Part shown: piece after piece, positions 1-9,709 of the stretch | Position numbering within the stretch: the first letter of the stretch is position 1 | How the letters are laid out: each line of letters starts with the position of its first letter | NCBI GenBank assembly: GCA_029263315.1 | Contig: JAJCXR010000003.1 | Span: 64,615 to 128,614 of the forward strand | Source of the DNA: Acidobacteriota bacterium | Lineage (GTDB): Bacteria; Acidobacteriota; Thermoanaerobaculia; Multivoradales; J023 | Reading direction: 5' to 3' | DNA length: 64,000 bases | The notes under the pieces: generated by a model | Seen by the model: the letters and a program-made list of their open reading frames with translations, nothing else | Told to the model about the DNA's origin: nothing | Databases searched by the model: none | Program-made: the position numbers and the translations under genes

Positions 1-3000
1 GGGCCGGTAGCGGCGGCTCGGAGGTGAAGCGGGTCTCCAGGCGTTCGAAGGTACCGTCCACCGCCAAGTTGACGTCGAAATCCCGGACTCGGGTGGTGGC
101 CACCAAGTCGAGCTCCGGATTCAGCGCATAGGGATTGGCGAAGAGGATGCGGCCGCGCTGCAGTGCATAGTCGAGTCCGTTGTAGACCAACTCGCCACCG
201 GCTAGGAGGTCGACCTCGCCGTAGAGAATGGGTTTGGCCAGATTGCCGAGCAGCACCAGATCGGCCGTACCCCTGAGATTGGCCAAGTTGTTGCGTACCG
301 CCAAAGAGCCATCGAGATCCACATTGAGCTGTACCGTCGACAACAGACTGTCGGTGGGGGCCACTTCGAATCGCTGCTGCTCGAGGAAGCCGCGCATCAG
401 CTTCTCGAAGTCGACCCGTATATCGTCCAAGTACTCCATCGAATCCAAGCTGGCCCGGCCGTCGATCATATGGCCGCTGGGTGTCGAGCGCAGGGTCAAG
501 TCCGTGTCGCCGCGCAGCACCCATCCTTCGGGGTAACGCACCGTCAAATTACGGGCCGTCGCCTGGATTCGGTAGTCCAATGGCGCCTCGTCTTCGCCGA
601 ATCGCGTCCTGCCGGAAATTTCCACCGAGCCGTCCGCCAAGGTGCCCTCCAGGTCCTGCAGAATCACCTGCTGTGGCAAGAAGATCAGTTGCCCGGTCAG
701 GTTCTCCAACGGATACGGGAAACCCTCGCCCAGCCGCAGCACCCCTCGATGAATTTCGCCGGAGCCTTCGAGGCTGGGCGACGCCATGGTTCCCGCCACG
801 TTGCCGGCCACCGACAGGTCCCCGGCCAAGTCGAATCCCAGATCGAAAAAACCCAACCACTTGGCGTCGAATCGACTTTGCAGGATCAAAGCCAACGGCG
901 CGTCGGTTCCGAAGCCGACGCCGCCGGAGAACCGAAACTCACTGCCGGTGTCGGCTTCGAGGAGATGGGCCGAGGGGGTCTCGATACCTTGTGACGTCCA
1001 GCGCAACTCGATGAGCGCCTGGCTTTCCAGATGATGCTCGCCCCCGCCTGGATCCTTCAAGTCGAGGCGCAGGGTCTCCAGCCCCAGGCGGATCTCGGGT
1101 TCCTCGGCCCCTTGTCCGACGATGCTCAGCTGCCCCCGGAAATCGCCCCCGACATCCGGCGGCTCGGCAAACAGCAGCTCGAACAAACCCCGCACGTCTT
1201 GACCTTCCACGGCCAGGCGCAAATCCGTTGCGCCGGCCCGCAGGCGGCCACCCCCTCGAACTTCCACCATCTCCAGGAGACGGCCCTCGAAGTCCGCCTC
1301 TCCCCGATGCCAACGCATCTTGAGCAGCGAGGGACGTTGGCTCAGGCGCCTGCCTTCGAGGCGCAAGGTCTCGGCCCGCAAAGTCAACGCCAGGCTGGGC
1401 TCTTCGAGTTTGCCCCGAAGCCGCAGCTCGGCGCTCACCTCCCCCGCCAAGTCGGCCCGCGGCAAGAAGTCGACGATGGGGGAGGCGGACAGCTCCAAAG
1501 CCGAGGAGCGCAGGTCGAGATCCATGCCACCATCCCAATCATAGGTTCCTTGGCCGCTCAAGGAGCCGCTGGGGGCTTGCCAGTTGAAGCTCTCGAAACG
1601 CACACCCGAGGCATCCCACACCAGACGGGTGGCGATCCGGTCGAAGGGAATCGGCTGGGAGACCCACGAACCGACCTCCATGGTGGCCGGCGACAGCTCG
1701 GCGCGCAAGGTACCCCGGCTATCGGCCGCGTCGTAGGCCAGCTGCAGACGGCCGGAGATATCGCCCCCCATGGGCACCTCGAAGGGCAACCAGGGCTTGA
1801 TTTGGGCCAGCGGCCAACCGGCAGCGACGAGCCTCAGATCGGCGGGGTTTTCGCTGCTGGCATCAAAAGGAATGTCCCCTTCCATCAAAAGGGCCGACTC
1901 ACCGTCCACCAATTCGAGCCGAAGGTCGCTCAAACCCTGCTCATCGAGGTGGAACACACCTTGGGCTAGGCGAGCGGAAAGACTGTCGGTGATGACCTCT
2001 TCGAGTCGCAAACGCACTTGGCTGGAGGTCTCTCCAGGTTCGAGAAAGAGCGTCCCCTGCATTGTCCCCTTGCCGGCGGTGGGCAACCACAGGGCCGGCT
2101 CATCGGAAGGTAGAGGCAACAACGGTGACAGCTCGGCGAGATCATCCGAGGCGATTTCGAAATCGAACTGCCCCCGCTGACGATTCAGGTCGTAGGAGCC
2201 TCCGGCCAGCAAGCTCTGACGTTTCGACATCAGGCCGATGGACTCCGAATGGATGACCCCATCCTCGATACGTAATGGGAAGGCCCCAGCCAAGGGGATA
2301 CCAGACTGCTGAGGATCGACCGTCACCGCCACCTCGGCCCTGCCCTGCCCCCGTTGAGACTCCCCCAAATCGAAGCGATACAGCAGCTTGCCATGCACTC
2401 GGGAGGCGGCGCCAGTCACGGGAATCTTCTGATCCGCCAGCAGCTGATCGAGCTGCACACGCTCGAAGTCGAGATCGATGGCGGTGGGCCGCCCCTCCTC
2501 TTCGTGGGAGTAGACCACCTCACCGCGCACCGTCCCGCCGCCGTAGCTGGCCTTGTCTAGGGAGAAGCGGGTGCCGTAACGATCCGCCACCAGGCCACCT
2601 TCGAGCTGCCGAATCCGGCGCCCCCAGGCCACCAGGCTGGGGGCGGTGACCCGACTCCTCCAACCGAACGCACCTGGGCGCCAGTCGATGGTCCCATCGT
2701 AGTGAAAGGTGCCCGAGAGGTCGTGATGGTAGTCGAGGGCCGCCAGCACGTCGCCTTCGCCCTGCCCCGTAGCCAGGAACCGACAGTTGCGTTTCTCCCG
2801 ATCGAGCCGCGACCACTCGCAAGCTCCGCTCAGCTCCGACCTGAAATCCGGCCCCACGATGCTGGCTTCCTCAATGCGTACCTGCCCCCGCTGGATCTCA
2901 CCCCGAGCCGATACCGAGACCGTGAAGGGCTTGGCCCGTGGCAATCGGATGACCGCCTGTTGGGCGATCAACTGGCCCCCGACCCGCAGGTCCCCGAGAC

Positions 3001-3730
3001 CCCGCAGGCGGGCCAAGACCTGCTCGGCGCTGAGGGAGAGCTCGATGCGTCGTTGCTCGAGCAGGAACTCGCCCTTGTCCACCTCCACGTGGTCGATCTG
3101 TACCTCGAATCGCCGCTGGCGCTCACCCCGGTTGCGAAACATCACCAGATTGTGCTCACCGTCCGGGAAGTGGGCAATATGAAACACCGGACGCTCGACC
3201 CGGATCTGGCGCAGCCGCAAACAGCGCCGCTGGAGGCTGCTGAGGTCGATTTCCACCAGCCCCCAGGGGATGTGAGCCAACGGCACCCGCTCATCGGGAT
3301 CTTGCCGCTCGGGTCCATGTAAGGTCAAACCCCAAACCTGGACGGTGAACGGCAGCAGCTGGATCTCGAGGTCGTCGATCTCGACGCGGCGGTCGAAGTA
3401 TTGTCCGACGTAGTGACTCACCAGGCGGCCGATGCCGTCGCGGGCCCAATCCGTATCGAGCAACCATTGGGACACGGAGAGCAAGGAAATGAGCAGGATG
3501 AGGCTCCAGATCAGGGGCCGCAGCAGCCAGCGCCGAAAGCGTCCCGGACGGCGCTTCCCAGGACCGTCGAAATCGTCCGGCCCGTCACCCTCCGGGAATT
3601 CCTCGGAAGACCCATGCTCAGAAGACCCGTGCTCGGAAGACCCGTGCTCGGAAGACCCAGGGTCGTCGACGACCGAGTCGTCGGCGGGCCCTACGGCATC
3701 CTGGAGCTCCGGCTGTGCCCCTTCGGCCAA
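1..3730 (-). CDS. TamB/AsmA-family translocation-and-assembly-module-like giant protein. The N-terminus and start are in the window; the C-terminus runs off the left edge of the window, so more than 1240 aa are visible.
   Basis: It is absent from the ORF track because there is no in-window stop. My own minus-strand translation from 3730 downward is open to position 1. The N-terminal signal anchor reads RFRRWLLRPLIWSLILLISLLSVSQWLL. The rest is a long beta-rich repetitive body (…VEIDDLEIQLLPF…, …GTADLVLLGNLAKPILYGEVDLLAGGELVYNG…) typical of TamB/AsmA. A putative TTG start lies 1 nt after the nadK stop; the start is uncertain. Confidence 0.5.
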   Translation of the reverse strand, partial: MAEGAQPELQDAVGPADDSVVDDPGSSEHGSSEHGSSEHGSSEEFPEGDGPDDFDGPGKRRPGRFRRWLLRPLIWSLILLISLLSVSQWLLDTDWARDGIGRLVSHYVGQYFDRRVEIDDLEIQLLPFTVQVWGLTLHGPERQDPDERVPLAHIPWGLVEIDLSSLQRRCLRLRQIRVERPVFHIAHFPDGEHNLVMFRNRGERQRRFEVQIDHVEVDKGEFLLEQRRIELSLSAEQVLARLRGLGDLRVGGQLIAQQAVIRLPRAKPFTVSVSARGEIQRGQVRIEEASIVGPDFRSELSGACEWSRLDREKRNCRFLATGQGEGDVLAALDYHHDLSGTFHYDGTIDWRPGAFGWRSRVTAPSLVAWGRRIRQLEGGLVADRYGTRFSLDKASYGGGTVRGEVVYSHEEEGRPTAIDLDFERVQLDQLLADQKIPVTGAASRVHGKLLYRFDLGESQRGQGRAEVAVTVDPQQSGIPLAGAFPLRIEDGVIHSESIGLMSKRQSLLAGGSYDLNRQRGQFDFEIASDDLAELSPLLPLPSDEPALWLPTAGKGTMQGTLFLEPGETSSQVRLRLEEVITDSLSARLAQGVFHLDEQGLSDLRLELVDGESALLMEGDIPFDASSENPADLRLVAAGWPLAQIKPWLPFEVPMGGDISGRLQLAYDAADSRGTLRAELSPATMEVGSWVSQPIPFDRIATRLVWDASGVRFESFNWQAPSGSLSGQGTYDWDGGMDLDLRSSALELSASPIVDFLPRADLAGEVSAELRLRGKLEEPSLALTLRAETLRLEGRRLSQRPSLLKMRWHRGEADFEGRLLEMVEVRGGGRLRAGATDLRLAVEGQDVRGLFELLFAEPPDVGGDFRGQLSIVGQGAEEPEIRLGLETLRLDLKDPGGGEHHLESQALIELRWTSQGIETPSAHLLEADTGSEFRFSGGVGFGTDAPLALILQSRFDAKWLGFFDLGFDLAGDLSVAGNVAGTMASPSLEGSGEIHRGVLRLGEGFPYPLENLTGQLIFLPQQVILQDLEGTLADGSVEISGRTRFGEDEAPLDYRIQATARNLTVRYPEGWVLRGDTDLTLRSTPSGHMIDGRASLDSMEYLDDIRVDFEKLMRGFLEQQRFEVAPTDSLLSTVQLNVDLDGSLAVRNNLANLRGTADLVLLGNLAKPILYGEVDLLAGGELVYNGLDYALQRGRILFANPYALNPELDLVATTRVRDFDVNLAVDGTFERLETRFTSEPPLPA
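3606..3665 (-). repeat. In-frame 15-bp tandem repeat, 4 copies of gaagacccgtgctcg, inside the TamB-like N-terminus. It encodes (GSSEH)n.
   Basis: Direct reading gives gaagacccatgctca / gaagacccgtgctcg / gaagacccgtgctcg / gaagacccagggtcg. The minus-strand translation is HGSSEHGSSEHGSSE. The antisense frame gives the SEDPC repeat seen in spurious ORF 3432..4292. Confidence 0.8.
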
Positions 3731-3731
3731 C

Positions 3732-4643
3732 TCAGCCGCCCCATTTCAGCTTGTCCCGCAAGCTCTCGTAGAAGGTGCGATCACTGAGCCGCACCAGCTG
3801 GACCGTGGTGGCCGATCGTTTGACCACCACGGTGTCGAGGAAGGAGATGCTGCTGCCCTCTTGTCCGTCGACGGTGATGAAGACCTCCTCCCGCGGCGTC
3901 TGCAACTTGACTTCGATGGCCTCGGAGTCCGGCACCACGATGGGGCGAAACGACAGGGTATGCGGACAGATGGGGGTGAGAACCGCCACCGGCAAGGCCG
4001 GGTAGAGGATCGGGCCACCGGCCGACAGATTGTAGGCGGTGGAGCCGTTGGGCGTCGAGATGATGAGACCGTCGCTGCGCAGATTGGCGATCAAGCGTCC
4101 ATTGACTTGCAGCTCGAGCTCGATGATCTGGGCCAAGGCACTCTTGGCGATCACCACGTCGTTGAAAGCCCGATAGCGGCTGATGACGCTGCTGTTGCGG
4201 CGCAGCTCGACATCGAACAGAGATCGCTCCTCGATGCTGAAATCGCCCCCCAGCAATTGCACCAAGCGCGGATAGAGCTCGATGCGCGATAGCTCGGTGA
4301 GGAATCCAAGGCGTCCCATGTTGACACCGAGAATGGGCACCCCTTCGTGCAGTGAACGGGCCACCGACAGCAGGGTGCCGTCGCCACCCAAGACCACCAC
4401 CAAATCGTATTGATAGCCGTTTTGATAGGGCGCCACCCCCTGTAAGTTACTGGCTCGCAGGCAGGCTTCGTTCAGCGCCACATCGAGGTCGCGACGTTGC
4501 AACCATTCTGCCAGCTCGATGGCGGCTTGGGCCGCCTCACGACTGGCACTGCGCGCCACCACCCCAACACTACAAAACGGTGAGGGCTTCGATTTACTTG
4601 AGGTTTTGGCGGATTTGGAGGTCTTGAAAGTCGATTCTGTCAT
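3732..4643 (-). CDS. nadK: NAD+ kinase
   Basis: Motifs GGDGTLL and NMGRLGFL (PpnK family) are present. Stop is TGA at 3734-3732. The start is uncertain: Met at 4724 overlaps tlyA, while Met at 4643 (MTESTF) leaves a gap. The N-terminal 45 aa are a K/S-rich low-complexity region. Confidence 0.8.
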   Translation of the reverse strand: MTESTFKTSKSAKTSSKSKPSPFCSVGVVARSASREAAQAAIELAEWLQRRDLDVALNEACLRASNLQGVAPYQNGYQYDLVVVLGGDGTLLSVARSLHEGVPILGVNMGRLGFLTELSRIELYPRLVQLLGGDFSIEERSLFDVELRRNSSVISRYRAFNDVVIAKSALAQIIELELQVNGRLIANLRSDGLIISTPNGSTAYNLSAGGPILYPALPVAVLTPICPHTLSFRPIVVPDSEAIEVKLQTPREEVFITVDGQEGSSISFLDTVVVKRSATTVQLVRLSDRTFYESLRDKLKWGG

Positions 4644-4696
4644 CGGTCGCACCGCGGCCCGCTTCTTGGCGCCGGAGGACGGGTTGGTCTTCTTGC

Positions 4697-5443
4697 TCAA
4701 GGGCCGCCCCCTTCGGGTAGGCAAAAGAGGGCAAAGGCTTCTCGGTTTCCCTGCATACCTGTCACCGGTGAGTCGAAGGCCCCGCCTTGCCTCGATTGCA
4801 AGCCCAACGCCTCGAGATCGTCGAGTCGCTGGTCGATGACCTGCCGGCGGACGGCGGCATCACGCACGATACCGCCTTTTCCCACTTGCCGGCGTCCGGC
4901 CTCGAATTGTGGCTTGATCATCGGCAAGAGCCTTCCTCCGGGGGCCAAATGGACGAGCAACGGCGGCACGACCTTGAGCAGCGAGATAAACGACACATCG
5001 ATGGTGATCAAGTCCACCTTCTCCGGTAAGGCATCCGCTGCCAAGTGGCGAGCGTTGAGGCGCTCCATCACCACCACCCGCGGATCCTGTCGCAGCTGGT
5101 GCACCAACTGCCCATAGCCGACATCCAAGGCGTAGACTCGCCGGGCGCCACGCTGCAGGAGGCAGTCGGTAAAACCGCCGGTGGAGGCACCGACATCGAG
5201 GCAAACACAGCCTTCGGGGTTCAAGGCAAAATGGTCGAGGGCGTGGGCCAATTTGCGCCCGGCCCGTGAGACGAAGGGTTCCCGGTTCCCCAGGAGCCGC
5301 AGAGTGGCGTCTTCCCGCACCGCCGTCCCAGGTTTGTCGAGGCGCTGACCATTGACCTCGACAAGGCCCGCCATGACGGCCCGTCGGGCTTTTTCGCGAC
5401 TGTCGAACAGCCCCTTCTGGTGCAATAGTTGGTCAAGTCGCAT
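4697..5443 (-). CDS. tlyA: TlyA-family rRNA 2'-O-methyltransferase (hemolysin A-like), S4 domain plus FtsJ-like methyltransferase
   Basis: The N-terminus MRLDQLLHQKGLFDSREKARRAVMAGLVEVNGQRLDKPG matches an S4 RNA-binding domain. Followed by LDVGASTGGFTDCLLQRGA (SAM-binding). The ispA-tlyA-nadK synteny is common. Confidence 0.8.
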   Translation of the reverse strand: MRLDQLLHQKGLFDSREKARRAVMAGLVEVNGQRLDKPGTAVREDATLRLLGNREPFVSRAGRKLAHALDHFALNPEGCVCLDVGASTGGFTDCLLQRGARRVYALDVGYGQLVHQLRQDPRVVVMERLNARHLAADALPEKVDLITIDVSFISLLKVVPPLLVHLAPGGRLLPMIKPQFEAGRRQVGKGGIVRDAAVRRQVIDQRLDDLEALGLQSRQGGAFDSPVTGMQGNREAFALFCLPEGGGP

Positions 5444-5521
5444 CGCCTGGCTTCACCTCCAAGACGGCGGTTCCGTGCTCGCCGCGGCTTGCCGCATACC
5501 GCCCGGCGCTCGCCACGGCAT

Positions 5522-6418
5522 TCAACGGTCACGGGTCGAGAGGTAGTGGATCAAGGAAGGAAACAGCCCGCCGGAAGCACCCGTCAAACGCCCCGCCAGG
5601 CCGAGGGCTCGATCCCTCGCCTGCAGCAGCCGAGCCTTGCTTTCCTCGACCCCAAAAAGGCCGGGGAAGGTCAGCTTGCGAGCTACGGCATCTTTGCCAG
5701 CGGTTTTCCCCAGGTCCCCGGAGGTCCCCTCGACATCGAGAATATCATCCGCGATTTGGAACATCAGGCCGATGTGGTGGCCGAGCTCGTCGAGCAAGAC
5801 ATCCTCGCCCTCACTCACCCCGGCATAGATCCCGGCCAGACGCAGGCTGGAGGCCAGCAAATCGCCGGTCTTGTGCCGATGGATGGTCGCCAAAACAGCG
5901 GCTGCATCGTCCGGCCATTGGCGCTCGGCTTCCAGATCGGCGATCTGGCCGCCGATCATGCCGCGGCTACCGATCGCTCGACCGACCATCTCGACGGCCC
6001 GCAGGCGCTTCTCCGCCGCCACCTGGGGCGGCTCGGCAGCGAGCACCGTGAGGCCCAGAGTGAGCAGGGAATCGCCGGCCAGAATGGCCATCGCCTCATC
6101 GAAGCGACGGTGCAGGGTGGGACGCCCGCGCCGCAAATCGTCGTTGTCGAGGGCCGGCAAGTCATCGTGGATCAGACTGTAGGTGTGGATCATTTCCAGT
6201 GCCGCGCCACCGGACAACAGGGGGCCATCCTCGACCCCCAACTCTTTTCCGGTGAGTAGGGTGAGGGCCGGACGAATCCTCTTGCCACCGGCGAATAGGC
6301 TGTAGCGCATGGCCTCGTGCAGTCGCTCGGGTGCCTCCGTGGCCGGCGGCACCAAGGTGTCCAGAGCCTGGTTGATGGCCGGCAGGTGGTGCTTCAGAAA
6401 GCGGGCGAACTCAGACAT
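5522..6418 (-). CDS. ispA: Farnesyl-diphosphate synthase / geranyltranstransferase (polyprenyl synthetase)
   Basis: First Asp-rich motif LIHDDLPALDNDDLRRGRPT and second Asp-rich motif FQIADDILD are present. The start is taken at MSEF (6418), which avoids overlap with the upstream gene; Met at 6436 is the alternative. Confidence 0.85.
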   Translation of the reverse strand: MSEFARFLKHHLPAINQALDTLVPPATEAPERLHEAMRYSLFAGGKRIRPALTLLTGKELGVEDGPLLSGGAALEMIHTYSLIHDDLPALDNDDLRRGRPTLHRRFDEAMAILAGDSLLTLGLTVLAAEPPQVAAEKRLRAVEMVGRAIGSRGMIGGQIADLEAERQWPDDAAAVLATIHRHKTGDLLASSLRLAGIYAGVSEGEDVLLDELGHHIGLMFQIADDILDVEGTSGDLGKTAGKDAVARKLTFPGLFGVEESKARLLQARDRALGLAGRLTGASGGLFPSLIHYLSTRDR

Positions 6419-7625
6419 CGTCAAGCCCCTCGGCATCCCCGAGGCAAACGGGAACCGCCAGCAAAAAGAGAATCAATCGTTGGACCTCGGTATCCCGCCA
6501 GTTGTCCTCGAAGAGACCGGCGAGATTGAAGCCGATGATCACCAGCATGACACCGACGTAGAGATCGGCCCGCGGTCCTCGGCTACCCCCTTGGGCCCGA
6601 TAGCCGTCGTAGGCGAGGCGCAAGGAGCAGAACATCAGCCACAGGTAAGCCGCCAGCGACGGCAATCCTTGCTCGGCGGCGATCTGCATGAAGGTATTGT
6701 GCAAATGGGGCACCTCGAAACGGGGCGCCGTCGGATGGCGGTAGATCGGATAGCGGGACGACACCATGTCGGGACCCAGGCCGAAAAAAGGGCGCTCGGA
6801 AATCATGTAGAGCCCCGCCTCCGTCATGCAGAGCCGATCGTAGTTGGAGACATCCTGCAAATCGAAGATGGAGCGCAGACGTTCGTTCCAGGAGTCCGGT
6901 GCCAAGGTCAACAGCAGCACCGCCCCCAGGGTCAAAGTCGCCAGATAAAGTACCAAATGACGCCGGGCTCGGATCAGAATATAGAGGGTGACGGTGAGCA
7001 ACGCCGCCACCCACGCCCCGCGGGTCAAGGTCAGCATCAGCGTCCAGTTGACCAAAAAGAGGGTCACCACATGCCAGGGCCGAATGCGACCGGTGAGCCA
7101 GCGGGCCAGCAGCAGAAAATCGCCGACCAACAGGACGCCGGCGAAGGTCTGGTAGTGGGAGAAGGGCCCGACGATTCGGCGATGCAGGGTGCCGTAGTCG
7201 AGCAGGTAGTTCTGGCCGATGCCGTAGACGGCGAGGCCCAGCATCAAGATCAACAGGCCGTCGATCACCCGTCTGACGTCTTCCTCGCCACGCACCAAAA
7301 GCATGGCCCACAGCGGGATGGCCAGGGAAAAAAGACTGCGCATCTGGGGCAGGCTTCGGGCGACATCGAGGGAGGTGAGCACCGAGGTGGTGAAGAATAC
7401 GACGTAGATTCCCAAGGGCACCAAGAGGGGCGCCATAGCGCGCCAGCGCCAAGTCAATCGTCGGCGCTGCCAGAGGACCCAGAGGACGGACAAGCCCAGC
7501 AGAATGTTCGACAAGGCCAAACCACCGATGGTCCACAGATGGGCAAAGAACAACCAGAATCCGCTGCGGCCTACGGCGTCTTGTCTGAGGTCGGCGGGCA
7601 AGAGTCGAGATAGGAAGCTCATCAA
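6411..7625 (-). CDS. O-antigen ligase (WaaL/Wzy_C) family polytopic membrane protein
   Basis: About 10-12 predicted transmembrane segments. The conserved TLTRGAW motif is characteristic of the O-antigen ligase family. The periplasmic loop is R/Y-rich. Confidence 0.65.
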   Translation of the reverse strand: MMSFLSRLLPADLRQDAVGRSGFWLFFAHLWTIGGLALSNILLGLSVLWVLWQRRRLTWRWRAMAPLLVPLGIYVVFFTTSVLTSLDVARSLPQMRSLFSLAIPLWAMLLVRGEEDVRRVIDGLLILMLGLAVYGIGQNYLLDYGTLHRRIVGPFSHYQTFAGVLLVGDFLLLARWLTGRIRPWHVVTLFLVNWTLMLTLTRGAWVAALLTVTLYILIRARRHLVLYLATLTLGAVLLLTLAPDSWNERLRSIFDLQDVSNYDRLCMTEAGLYMISERPFFGLGPDMVSSRYPIYRHPTAPRFEVPHLHNTFMQIAAEQGLPSLAAYLWLMFCSLRLAYDGYRAQGGSRGPRADLYVGVMLVIIGFNLAGLFEDNWRDTEVQRLILFLLAVPVCLGDAEGLDDV

Positions 7626-7829
7626 ATGGAATCGATTGCTGTTTTTGGCGACTTTGGTCTAGGCGGCTCAGTGATGCTGGAGGGCGCTGCCCGAGGATCG
7701 AGGTGGACGCTCGCGAGGCAGCCCATGCTAGCATTCGCCGCCCGAACGTCTGAAGACATTGCAGCAGACAATGCCAGACGCGTCCAAACACCCTGATCAC
7801 CATCCACCCGCCAGTCAGCGAAGAGAGCC

Positions 7830-9104
7830 ATGGCCGAAGATCAAACCCCCGAAGTAGCTCAGGAAAGCCCCGGTAGCACCTGGGATTGCCGCTTCTGCGC
7901 CACGCCCCTGCAACACACCTTCGCCGACCTCGGGGCCTCGCCCCTGGCCAATTCCTACCTGTCGCCCGAGCAGCTGCATCGACCTGAGAGCTTCTTCCCC
8001 CTGCACGTCAAGGTCTGCAGCAATTGCTTCCTGGTGCAATTGCCGGAGGTGGAGAGCCCGGAGAATATTTTCAGCGACTACGCCTACTTCTCGTCCTACT
8101 CCGATAGCTGGTTGGAGCATGCCCGCCGGTTCGCCGCCATGGCCGGTGAGCGCTTTGCCCTGGACAGCCAGAGCCGCGTCGTGGAGGTGGCGAGCAACGA
8201 CGGATATCTGCTGCGATTCTTCGCCGAGCGGCAGATTCCGGTCCTGGGAATCGAGCCGGCCGCCAACGTGGCGGCGGCGGCGGAAACCTTGGGCATCACC
8301 ACCCGGGTGGAATTCTTCGGCAGCGCCTTGGCACGCCGGTTGGTGGCCGAAGGGCATGGGGCTGACTTGCTGGTGGGCAACAACGTGCTGGCCCACACCC
8401 CCCATCTCAACGACTTCGTCGCCGGTCTCAGCCTGCTGCTGAAGCCGCAAGGTGTGCTGTCTCTGGAGTTTCCGCATCTGCTGCGGTTGATCACCGAGAA
8501 TCAGTTCGACACCATCTACCATGAGCATTTCTCGTATTTTTCCCTGCGCACGGCCCAGCAGGTGCTACAAGACCACGGTTTGAGGATCTTCGACGTCGAA
8601 ACCCTGCCCACCCACGGTGGCTCGTTGCGCCTGCTGGCCTGTCGTGCCGCCGCGCAGCGCCCCACCCTGCCGACGGTACAAGCTGTCTTGCAAACGGAGC
8701 AGGCCGCCGGTCTCGATACCCTGCAGCCCTACCTGGCCTTTGGTGAGCAGGTCAAAACCACCAAGCGCCGGTTGCTACGCTTTCTCATCGAGGCCAAGGA
8801 GGCGGGCCGCCAAGTGGTGGGTTACGGCGCCCCTGCCAAGGGCAATACCTTGCTCAATTACTGCGGCATCGGCTGCGACTTCCTCGACTACACCGTCGAC
8901 CGCAGCCCCCACAAACAAGGCCACTACTTGCCCGGAGCTCGCATTCCGATCTTCGATCCTGATCGCATCGCCCAGACCCGGCCCGACGACGTGCTCATCC
9001 TGCCGTGGAATCTGCGGCAGGAAATCATGCAGCAAATGGCCCACATCCGAGACTGGGGCGGACGTTTCGTCGTCGCCGTGCCACAACTGCAGGTTTTGCC
9101 ATGA
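7830..9104 (+). CDS. SAM-dependent C-methyltransferase (TylCIII/NovU-like NDP-hexose C-methyltransferase; N-terminal Zn-ribbon plus class I MTase plus C-terminal C-MT domain)
   Basis: N-terminal CRFC…CSNC zinc-binding motif. MTase motif VVEVASNDGYLL. The C-terminal region matches the C-methyltransferase domain (DYTVDRSPHKQGHYLPG…PI). The 3' end overlaps rmlC by ATGA. Confidence 0.7.
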   Translation: MAEDQTPEVAQESPGSTWDCRFCATPLQHTFADLGASPLANSYLSPEQLHRPESFFPLHVKVCSNCFLVQLPEVESPENIFSDYAYFSSYSDSWLEHARRFAAMAGERFALDSQSRVVEVASNDGYLLRFFAERQIPVLGIEPAANVAAAAETLGITTRVEFFGSALARRLVAEGHGADLLVGNNVLAHTPHLNDFVAGLSLLLKPQGVLSLEFPHLLRLITENQFDTIYHEHFSYFSLRTAQQVLQDHGLRIFDVETLPTHGGSLRLLACRAAAQRPTLPTVQAVLQTEQAAGLDTLQPYLAFGEQVKTTKRRLLRFLIEAKEAGRQVVGYGAPAKGNTLLNYCGIGCDFLDYTVDRSPHKQGHYLPGARIPIFDPDRIAQTRPDDVLILPWNLRQEIMQQMAHIRDWGGRFVVAVPQLQVLP

Positions 9105-9631
9105 TCTTTCATCAACTCGACATCGCCGGAGCATTTCTCCTGGAACCGCAACGGGTGGAGGACGCCCGCGGCTTCTTCGCCCGTACATACTGCCGCCACG
9201 AGCTCGAAGAGCGGGGCCTCGACCCGACCTTGGTGCAATGCAATATTTCGGTCAATCACCAAAAGGGCACGGTGCGGGGCATGCACTACCAGGCGCCTCC
9301 CCATGAAGAGATCAAACTGGTGCGCTGTACCCAAGGGGCGATCCACGACGTCATCCTCGACCTGCGCCCCGACTCGCCCACCTACAGGCAGCATTTCGGC
9401 GTCGAGCTGAGCAAGGACAACCGCTTGTCCCTCTATATTCCCAATGGCATCGCCCATGGCTTCCAAAGCCTGGCGGACGACACCGAGGTGTTCTACCAGA
9501 TGTCCGAGTTTTACCATCCGGACTCGGCTCGGGGTGTGCGTTGGAACGATCCGGCTTTCACCATCACTTGGCCCTTGCCGGTGGCGATCATCTCGGATCG
9601 CGACCTGGCATTCCCCGATTTCAATCCTTGA
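9101..9631 (+). CDS. rmlC: dTDP-4-dehydrorhamnose 3,5-epimerase
   Basis: MIFHQLDIAGAFLLEPQRVEDARGFFARTY…RGMHYQ…NGIAHGF is a classic RmlC cupin. The start is at ATG 9101 (ATGA overlap); the track ORF 9005 is over-extended. Confidence 0.85.
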   Translation: MIFHQLDIAGAFLLEPQRVEDARGFFARTYCRHELEERGLDPTLVQCNISVNHQKGTVRGMHYQAPPHEEIKLVRCTQGAIHDVILDLRPDSPTYRQHFGVELSKDNRLSLYIPNGIAHGFQSLADDTEVFYQMSEFYHPDSARGVRWNDPAFTITWPLPVAIISDRDLAFPDFNP

Positions 9632-9709
9632 CGAAGACTCCCCCAGACGGACTCTTCCCTCAGCTCAGATAAGACGTTCTCCCCCAGAAAAGACGCTGGA
9701 GCGTAAACC

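Noticed and set aside
1031-4292. Long plus-strand ORFs (1031..1969, 2702..3322, 3432..4292 and others) listed in the track
   Set aside because: They are antisense to the TamB-like and nadK coding frames. Their compositions (Q/G/R/P-rich, no motifs) and the SEDPC repeat being the mirror image of the GSSEH coding repeat mark them as high-GC reverse-strand artefacts.
6583-7803. 406-aa ORF on the minus strand overlapping the O-antigen-ligase-like gene in another frame
   Set aside because: Arg/Pro/Ala-rich low-complexity translation with no transmembrane or motif content. The in-frame alternative 6411..7625 has the TRGAW ligase signature.
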